A stretch of 64,000 nucleotides of DNA from assembly GCA_977020255.1 (NCBI GenBank), contig CDROCS010002342.1, forward strand, positions 310,001 through 374,000, written 5' to 3'. Made by a program: the position numbers and the translations under genes. This stretch comes from Obrimoposthia wandeli. Its lineage: Eukaryota. Below, piece by piece: positions 54,758-64,000 of the stretch. Position 1 is the first letter of the stretch, and every line of letters begins with the position of its first letter. Below the pieces are notes generated by a model, which saw nothing but the letters and a program-made list of their open reading frames with translations, was not told where the DNA came from and did not search any database.

Positions 54758-56191
54758 TGTTGGGGTTTCTATTTGAAACTCTTAAATAGATCCTTGTATG
54801 GAGGCCCCCAACGTGAATAGGGGGAGTTCTATAGCAATAGGGCTTGCAGTTGGTCGTGGCCTATTAAATTTTTCTTACCTGCCTCAATTTCTAATCTGAA
54901 GGTTTTGTTTTCGATCTTTGTTGTGGAGATATATAAAGAGTTGTGTGCACGGTTACTGGAAAATTTCCCTTATTGTGGTGTAGTATATGGTGGTTTGGTA
55001 CTTGCCTGGTTGTAGGGGTTTGTTCAATTCAACACTGCTTAAATGTAGGAAATCTTTATTCTCTAAACTCACTCTAACTAGGTTCCTAAAAATTACAACA
55101 ATTAGTCCTATGTCACTTCACTAAACATCACACAAATGGGGATGTCTTGACGTATCGATTTTAATCGGTCTAACAAATTTACAAGTTCTTTACTCTTTAT
55201 TTCAAAATACAATTTCTCTTTTAGTCAAAACACAATTTATCTTTTAATCAAAACGCAATTTATCTTTTTTCTTTAAATTCAAAATCTCTTTCAGTTCTCA
55301 TTTTAAACTCAAAATCTTTAGAACCCAACCCTTTCAGTTCTCACTTTAACACTCTTTACTTTAAAATCAAAATCTTTCAGTCCTCTCACATTTTCTTTGG
55401 AGCGTCTGTTGTCTTTCTGGTATGTCTGAAAAGCAGAATAATAACCTCTTTAATTGGCCTTTTCTGTCGATTCCAAGATGAAAAAACTCGTTTATATCTC
55501 TCACCTTTTCTCGGCTCGTCTGTTTATTTCACAATCTTCTTTTATGAGCAAATCTTCTTTTCTTTATCTTTGAGTCAATCTTCTTTTATAATTAAATCTT
55601 CTTTTTTGTGTTAAGCCACTCTTCTTTTATAATTAACTCTCTTTTGTGTGTTAGGCAACTCTTCTTTTATAAGTAACTCTCTTTTTTGTGTTAAGCAACT
55701 CTTCTTTTATAAGCCTAAATAAAACAATTAATTTACACTTAGTTTAATGCGCTAACCTTGCAGTCTGGCTACCGGCTGTTGGTTCCCTGTTCGTTCTTCA
55801 CTGCTAATTCTGGATAAAGTCGTAGTGGCGCTTAAAGGGTGCTAATGGATATTTGTAGTTACTTTTGGGTTTCGTCTTCTCTATACTCTGTTGCTTTCTC
55901 CCAGATTATCTTAATTGACTGCCTTGTATTTGTCCCACTATTCTGTACTCTGTTAATTGATTCTAATTTTCGTTCTGGTAATTTCTGGGCCTTTTATTTT
56001 ATTCCAACTTTCTTATATATAACGCAAGAAACACGTGACCTCTTCAAGGTCCTAAAATACTTTTTGATTTTATTTTATTTAATTTTAATTTCTATTTTAA
56101 TTTTCTTTTCTTTTAACCTTGCTTTCAAGGTTTTATTTTCTTATATAAATAAATTAATTATTTTCAAAATATTAAAATCCTAGTCCTAACA
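54758..56191. mobile_element. Family A element A13 (beta); no matching TSD
   Basis: TGTTGGGG...CCTAGTCCTAACA; flanks CAAA vs AATT. Confidence 0.85.
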
Positions 56192-56619
56192 AATTTATTA
56201 GAAAATTCATGACCATTAACAGTTTGTAGGAATTTTGGTTTGTAGAAATGTCTGGTTTTACCACTAGTGACGTTTTGGGAAGTATTCTTCAACAAAAAAT
56301 GTTTCAATACGTTTTTACAATAAATACTCTCGCGTTACATTTTTTAAATATTTTAAAAAGTTTCCTAAAAATAGCTAACAAACAGAGTATCTTGATAAAT
56401 ATCATTTTTTTAATATTAAAAATGCCTGAAACCGTGTTTTCAGTACTGTTAAATATGGCTAATTATACTTCTCAAAATTTGGTTAGTTAATAATTATATT
56501 TTGTTAAAAAGAATTAAATAGTAAATATGATTAAATTCAATTTAATTGAACACAAAATATTTAATAATATCTTCAGTTTCTCATTATTATCCGTCTCTTT
56601 CTCATCTGGTTCTCGTCAA

Positions 56620-56830
56620 TTTTTAGTCTGGACTTTCATTTGCTGACTTGAGTGTTGTATCCCACTTTTGAGGTTGCATAGATGGAATGACGATTTACCC
56701 TTGCATGAAACAACTTCATAGGAACCCTTAAAATGTGCTTTATCTATTTACCCTTGTCTTCCACATAAATTCTGATTCTTCAAGCCAACTAAATCCTATT
56801 TAAATTTCAAAATTAGTTGGTAAAATTAAA
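56620..56830 (-). mobile_element. Gypsy integrase C-terminal (GPY/F-like) relic
   Basis: Minus-strand DLVGLKNQNLCGRQG*IDKAHFKGSYEVVSCKGKSSFHLCNLKSG. Confidence 0.5.
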
Positions 56831-57290
56831 TAGAATTCAAAGTATTATTACGACCTTGGTGGCCTGCCCTTGCTTTTTAAGTTATGCTTTCACCATCGTC
56901 GTGGAACAGCTTACAATTTCTTCTTGCTTATTTGTTGATACAACAAACTGCAAACACTTACATTTCTACAGATATTTCAAAGCAGCATCTTGCAGTCCGT
57001 ACGTTTTGCTTAATTTTCATATATTTGATTTCCCCCACAATTTTATTTACAGTATTCTAGATATGTCCCATTTAACACAAATTATTCAACATCTGCGTTC
57101 ATAATTATTTAAAGAGATACTTATAAATATTTAAATTCATTTTGGAGGTCAAAAAGACTTTTAATACTTTTAAAATCATATGATAGTTTAATAAGTAAAT
57201 ATTAATATCACTAAAATATAATAAAACTCATGGGCTTTGATAAAAAGATTAAGAGCAGTATAATTAACCTAGTGTTAATATGCTCTAGAG

Positions 57291-59623
57291 CAGGCATGTC
57301 AAACATGCGGCCCTCGTCAAGCATTGATGTGGCCCACGCATCGAATGTTGATTTAATAGCTAAATTATATAATATTGTTCTTCAATCGCGTATGTATAGT
57401 AGTTAATATCTATCACACGATCGAAGCATATAATGTGTTCGTGCATATATACATTTATATTAAATCAAGTGAGTAATCATCGAATAAAATACATAACACC
57501 GTAAATTTTCGATGAAGAGGCGGTTTCGAAGATAAGTCAAATTTTTAAAATAATATTTTTTTATTAAAAAATAGGTATTGTTTTAATATTTCAATTTTTT
57601 TATTTGTGATCCCAAAATGACTAATAATCCTCCAACAAAGAAAATGAACGAAGAAGGGCGACTGTTTCAAGAAAAGTGGGAATTGCAGTATTTTTGCACA
57701 ACAGTAGACATGAAGATAATTTGTTTGATTTGTAATAACAGTATCTCCACACCCAAAGAATACAATTTGAGAAGACATTACACAACGAATCATCAATCTT
57801 GCGATAAATATGAAGGCGCAATGCGTGTATCAAGACTCGAGGAACTTAAAGCTAACTTGGCACAGCAACAGACTTGTTTTACGAAAATTCAGAAAGATAA
57901 TGTTGCTTCTGTTACTGCAAGCTATGAAATCAGCCTAATGATCGCTATGAGTGGTAAATGTTACAATGACGGAGATTTCGTAAAGATATGCCTTGTAAAA
58001 ACAGCTGAAATTGTAAGTCAAGAGAAAGTAAACGTATTCAAGAATTTTTCATTGACCAGAAACACTGTTGCTGAACGAATTGATGAAATGTCAGATGATT
58101 TTAAACTACAATTGAAGGCTATATCATCGACTTTTGACTATTTTTCTATTGCCATTGACGAGACTGCTGACATTACTGGAATAGCACAGCTTGCTGTCTT
58201 CATTAGGGCATGCGACAGTGAATTTCATATATATGAAGAACTGATTGAACTTGTTCCTATGTATGACACCACAACAAGCCAGGACATCTTTGAGAAAGTC
58301 GAGCAAGTTCTGCATGATTATGAACTTGATTTGAGTAAACTCGCATGCTTATCTACAGACGGTGCTGCGAATATGGTTGGTAAGCATAATGGTGTTGCAG
58401 CCAAGTTACGAACAAAAATAGAAAAATTGGATTCAGATGCGGCATTTACACATTTTCATTGTATTATCCATCAGCAAAATCTGTGTTCAAAAATTTAAAA
58501 ATTGAATCACGTCCTTTGCTTTGTCACAAAGACAGTGAATTTTATCAGAGGCCGTGCTCTCAACCATCGTCAATTTAGCCAGTTGTTGAAAGATATGGAT
58601 AATCAGTTCACGGATGTCCCATTCTTTACAGCAGTCCGCTGGCTATCATGTCACAAAGTGTTGAAAAAATTTTATTTATTGAGACAAGAAATAATAGTGT
58701 TTTTGGAGATGAAAGGTCAAGACACAAATGAAATGAAGGATGAAAGTTGGCTCCAAGATCTAGTTTTTGCTGTAGATATTACTGCCCAGTTAAATGATCT
58801 TAATTTCAAATTACAAGGCATAAACAAACTCATCACTCAGTTGTATGATGACATCAAGTGTTTCATTACAAAACTGAAGTTATGGAGGTCACAGTTGTCA
58901 AACGAAAATTTAGTTCATTTTCCAACATGCAAAGAGCTGATAAACACTGCCAATAATGAGTCTGTTCGTAGCTTCGCTAAATATGATAATCACCTAACAT
59001 TGTTGTTAAAAGAATTTCAAAAAATATTTCGTGATTTCTCATCTTTTGAAAACAAGTTTGCTTTGTTCTCAGCACCATTCGCCTTTGATGTCGCCAATGT
59101 AGAAGAAAGCCTGGATATAGAACTGTTAGAAATGCAGTCGTACTCTGCTCTTAAAGCAAAGTATCTTGAAGTCGGGATTCAAAATTTCTTTTCATACCTT
59201 CCAAAAAAATTAAAAAATTTCAGAAAGTTTGCCACAAAGATCATGGCAATGTTTAGTTCTACCTATGTGTGTGAACAGTTATTTTCATTCATGAAAGCTA
59301 CAAAAACATCTCATAGAACAAGGCTGACAGAACAGCACTTGTTATCACTGATCAAAGTGGGAACTGCTCAGGCATTTAAGCCAGACATTCCAAAAATTGT
59401 CAATCAAAAAAGATGTCAAACCTCAGGTCAAAAAAAGTAAAGATGATGAAAACGTTACCAATAAATAAACATTTATAATTTTTATACATTATGTTTTGAT
59501 GTGAATAAAATTTTATTTTTTGTCAAACAACTTTTATTTTTTATCATTAAATTTTAATCCGACCCGCGAAAGCCGTAAATATTCGAAATCCGTCCCGCCG
59601 GTGATTTGAGTTTGACACCCCTG
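57291..59623 (+). mobile_element. Full-length hAT (Charlie/SPIN-like) DNA transposon, 2333 bp
   Basis: TIRs CAGGCATGTCAAAC / CAGGGGTGTCAAAC (12/14); 8-bp TSD CTCTAGAG on both sides. Confidence 0.95.
57617..59440 (+). pseudogene. hAT transposase (GTF2IRD2/SPIN-like) with one in-frame stop at 58496-58498
   Basis: BED-like CLIC...H...H; IDE, STDGA, CIIH and STYVCEQLFS catalytic motifs; the two ORFs are in the same frame. Confidence 0.93.
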
Positions 59624-59833
59624 CTCTAGAGTACAATTGACTCAGATTACTTTCAACCCAGTACGCTTAAACCGTATAGGAATTACCAATAATACCTGAT
59701 TATCAAGATTGACGGTAACATTTTTATTTATTATTACAACTCTATTTTCTAAATAAAGCATATTTTAAATATTCACAACATCACAAAGCTGAGTAAAACG
59801 TCGATTTTACTAGTGCTACAACTTTCGATTTAG

Positions 59834-59952
59834 GTTTCTACTACTGTCTCAACATGATTCTGATCACGATGTCCACATTCTGCTCGGTTGTTGTGATCAA
59901 TCTCTATTTTCGAGGGGACAATCGTCGAAAGGTTCCCTCATGGCTGAAAAAG
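59834..59952 (+). CDS. nAChR exon, TM3: (G)FYYCLNMILITMSTFCSVVVINLYFRGDNRRKVPSWLKK
   Basis: ttag acceptor, AAG|gtgg donor; phase 1 matches the exon ending at 14631 (G+GT = Gly); typical TM3 and VP.WL motif. Confidence 0.93.
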
Positions 59953-60551
59953 GTGGATGTCTGAAAACCTTTCTTCGTTTAATATAGACACAAATAGCCA
60001 ATAAGGGAACTAATCGAAGGTGGAAATTACAGCTTTATATAATAAATTAAAATTTTCTTATTTAACCTCGATCAAGTTGGTTAGCAGAATAGTAGTGTTA
60101 GATTGGGAAAAGTAAAAATTAAAAAATAACAAAAATATTAAATCATTATATTATAAGTAATTGTGTTAAATAAATATAAGGTTAAATATTTTCATTTCTT
60201 ACATTTTTTTAACGAATAAATAAAAGTTTAGAAAAAAAGATCTAATAGGATATTAAATTTACTGAAGTTTGTAATTTCCTCTGGAGATAATTTTGTTACA
60301 TTTAAAAATTTGCAAATTTCGTATGCAATTCGATTCGTGGTGATTGTTTATGAGTTATGTGAGGCGCATAGTAGTAATACGCTAAAATTTATAAATGTAT
60401 ACGTTAGGGCACGTTTTTTGTTAAAATTTAATAAAACTTTATTTGACTTTTTATAATCCCTAGAAGTTAGGATTGTTTTGAAACATCATACTATGTTTGA
60501 AAGATTGAAAATTTGGTGCTTATTAATTTTATTTCCCCCTCCAAAATGCAG

Positions 60552-60741
60552 GTGATGGTGATAATTGGGCGGTTCATGCTCATGGATATAAATAACCTCA
60601 AGGAGACTAAGGAGAAAATCAACATAATCAAATCTGAGATCAAATACAACCGCAAATTCTGTAAGAAAGTCGGCTTCAAACTGGGCTCTGACCAGAGTCT
60701 CTCCCGATCCCCACAAGGAGAAACTGAGACCGTAGGCCAAG
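60552..60741 (+). CDS. Probable nAChR cytoplasmic-loop exon (VMVIIGRFMLMDINNLKE...ETVGQ)
   Basis: ttccccctccaaaatgcag acceptor; phase 0 continues WLKK|VMV like the MX helix; 3' boundary CAAG|gtcagc is tentative. Confidence 0.7.
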
Positions 60742-61239
60742 GTCAGCAGTTTTTTTATAAACTTCTTTATTTTAAAAAAAACTGCATGATTTGTCCGGTT
60801 CAGAACCTCAGTTCCTATCTGTTTCTAAAATTCACAATTTAAGCTTTATATATGTATCTAAAATATTTAGTATTTTATATTAAAATTTTTGTTTTAAATA
60901 ACCGTGAAATTTATAAAGGTTGCATTTCAACTCAAACATTAATTCAAGTTAATTAGGCAAATTTAAATATCTTATCACGACAACTATAATCTAATATAAA
61001 AAAAGTCGAAATATTGCTGATTTATTAAAGTTTAAGATTATTTTAATCTTTTTTAAAAATTAAATAGAATATTAAAAACTTCTTTAATCGATTAATTTAA
61101 GTATATGTCGCTACAAAGAGAACTTTCGCTACATGAGTTATGTCACAGTCGGTATTATATACTTTCTATTTTTGCTAGAGTTTTCTAAATACAATATTTA
61201 TTATTTGACTTATTGATACCTAATTTATAATATTTTTAG

Positions 61240-63459
61240 TGTTGGAGTTATTTCAATAGTTAGGCTAACTTCAAACATGTGAGTTCTTTACATAGTAGGA
61301 CTTACTGAAGACCTTACTCTAAATTGTCTCAAGTTTGAAGATTATTTATTCAAACGTTACGCAACCAAAGTCTGAGTAAATATCTTTACAGTAACTCCGT
61401 GTTACTTATGTTGGGTTTTCTATTGAAACTTATAATTCTCGTATGGAGGCCTTAAACGTGAGTTCTGTAGCGATATGGCTTACAGATAGATGTGGCCTAT
61501 CTGTCTTAGTCTCTGAATGTTTTCGTGCTGTGTCAGAGTCTGTGTTCAGGATAACGTGAGGGTCCTTAAAACTATTGTTGTGTTTTGTATGACTAATTTA
61601 ATAAGCCGGCTAGGCCAAATTGGATTTTAATTCAAAAATGGTCTGGCAATACCAAGATCAGGAATAGGCAAAATAAGCTGGAATCAATCGACGTCGATGA
61701 TAATCCTCTGAATGTACCAGGGCTTAAATTATCGCCTCGTTGGTTAACTCTCGGTTTAAGGGGTGGTTATTGGCTCTCTAAACTAGCGAGGTTTCAACAC
61801 TTGTTGTGATACCAAAACGGGGTTTTCAAAAGGTTTAATCGTTTAGTATTGAAATGATTTATTTCAGTACTAAACTTTGTTATTTAACAGAAAACATTTA
61901 CACTTCTAAAAATCGTAAGGGTGACACTTGCTACACTTTTATAAACTAACATATTTGTATTTTTTCTCAAAATTAACTGATCAATTCATTAAAATTTATG
62001 GATGGTATAACTATTAAGTTTACGTCAACAATAACTTTCACTAAACTCTTCAGATTATAGCTTTACTTCAAAATCAATTATATTACACCTTAATTTTACT
62101 TTAAAATCAATTCTAATACACTTTAACTTTACTTCAAATCAATTCTATTTCACTTGAACTTTAAATCTCAATTAATTTATGAACTCTTTACTTCGTTTTA
62201 CCCACCGATTCTTTAATTTTGTTGTCGAATTTCGATTGATGAACTGTCGTCCGTGCTTCCTCTGATAGTCCTTGATGATTTCGGTTCCGTATCTTCAGAT
62301 ATTCCGTAGTGGCTCGTGATCCTTCGTCTAAAGGTTTGGTCTAAAATCTTTGTCCTTAAAAATTGTGCTTTTAACTATTGGTGTTCAAACATTGTGAAAT
62401 GATTGCTTATACACCCGGTTAGTTTAGTCCGGACGTCGGCCACTTCCGATTCGGCGACCAATGCCGAGGCAGAATAATTGTTCACTGATTGATCAGGTGG
62501 TTAAATCCTGAGGCCAGATGTCGGCCGATTATAGAATTTGCGTATACCACCCAACCGCCACGTTCGGCCCAATCAGTCGAATTCTCCTGGTGGAAGGCCA
62601 GGTAATTGCCAGGTCGATGTTGGATGTTACTGGCTGCGGTGTAGCTTCTGCTCGTGCGGAGGGTGATGCCATTGCTACCACTCGCCATAATTGGCCGATG
62701 CCGTGTGTCGATTAATAATCGTTCATCTCCTTCCACTGCACTCTGGCGACTAAATCCCGAGGCTGGGTGTCACTGGGTACTCGATGGTCGGTGGCCGCTT
62801 GGGGAAACTCTGTTGGAAGGCCGGATGTCGGCCATTACTGTGCGGCTGGAGTATTCAGCTAGTTGCTGATTGCCACTGCGATATCTATATCGCCCGCCAT
62901 CGGAACTTACAATTGTTGATGTGGACTCCACTACAAAATATGTCCTTTTCCTGAGACTTCAAATTTTAATGAATACTTTTTTCTCGTCATTTTTTAACAT
63001 TGTTCTACCTTACATATAAACACATTTTCATGACCTTCAAGGTCTCAAATTAATTAGTTTTTTAATAAAATGTATTTTAAATAATTTTTAAAAATGTATA
63101 ATATATATTAAAAGGTTATTTCTTGCCTATATTTATATTTATTTTAAACCTTCCTATTTTAACACTTACTTACGATAAGTAAAACAATTCAAGTGATTAT
63201 TCCTGACGCTATCATGATCTCAGAAATGTTTTTGGGCTTTATAGCCTATATAAGATTACTGTGAATGATTTGTAATCTAGGCCTACTTAAACACGTAATA
63301 TAAAACCCTTTATTTATGTAATACAATCATATAAGTCGTATACAAGCAATATGGTACAATAACCAGGTAAGTAGGTGGTATTCAAAATAAAATGCATTAG
63401 GTTCAAATTAGTTCAAATTAGTTCAAATACAAGTTTTATATAAATGAGAAAATTTAACA
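61240..63459 (+). mobile_element. Family B element split by A14
   Basis: Flanks of A14 join into a sequence collinear with 46971-47496. Confidence 0.75.
61409..63164. mobile_element. Family A element A14 (gamma) with GC-rich interior
   Basis: TG...CA; TSD CTTA/CTTA. Confidence 0.9.
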
Positions 63460-64000
63460 ATTATCACACTCTTCAGTATTACTTTTATTTTCCCGTCATT
63501 TTCATTACCATGTGAAAAAATCTTTGCTTTTTGACCAATTACAGAAAGGTGTCATGGCATGTGTTTAAGCAGTATTCACTATTGACACTTATGTAATTCA
63601 AAAAATATAATCGAATATCCTTGACTTCTGATGATATAACGGAATTTAAAGCGGTTCCATGTTCATAAAAAATTGACTCAATTGGAAATATAAATTAATA
63701 TAATCAGGTTTGGATTTTTTTATTAAAACTGTAGATAAATGCACTCAAGTTTTCATGATATATTTAAACAAACATAAAATTATATTAAAATCTGTAAATT
63801 ATTTGTAAATGATCTTTGTGAAGAAAATTATATTCGTTGCTGTATCGATATTTACACGGCTATAGATACAGTATAGATAAAGTTATTTTCCTAAAGGTAT
63901 ATATATATATATATATTATTGAAATAATCAGATACATTAATTAATAAAAAAATCATATATTTTCAAATTCTGCATCCATAAATGCATCAGTAAAAACAAA

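Noticed and set aside
46965-63465. TSDs for family B elements
   Set aside because: Only 3-nt offset matches (TTG, TTA); cannot be called TSDs, so B termini remain approximate

Overview
AT-rich animal genomic DNA. The gene content suggests a lophotrochozoan, plausibly a planarian-type flatworm (inference). The window holds six + strand exons of one nicotinic acetylcholine receptor alpha-type subunit gene, from part of the ligand-binding domain through TM3 and the start of the cytoplasmic loop; the gene extends beyond both window edges. Its TM2 carries the Pro-Ala anion-selectivity motif. The 45.2-kb intron between the TM2 and TM3 exons (14632-59833) is filled with one family of TG...CA elements of 1.1-2.7 kb. 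There are 13 copies there plus one partial copy, and one more copy at 61409. All lie in the same orientation, and 11 have perfect 4-bp target-site duplications, so they look like solo LTRs. They share an unusual architecture. The left end is a three-stem structure followed by a GTGAGT splice-donor motif, the middle holds copy-specific minisatellites, and the right end has two palindromes between divergent TATA boxes. On the minus strand each appears to contain its own TATA -> exon -> GT-AG intron -> exon -> AATAAA unit with no conserved ORF. Short (0.3-0.5 kb) relatives share the left end. Also present are a near-intact hAT-Charlie transposon (one premature stop), Tc1/mariner/pogo relics, a pogo-type MITE, a perfect 116-bp-arm foldback, Gypsy gag/integrase-like relics and a tRNA-like remnant. 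All coordinates were counted by hand.
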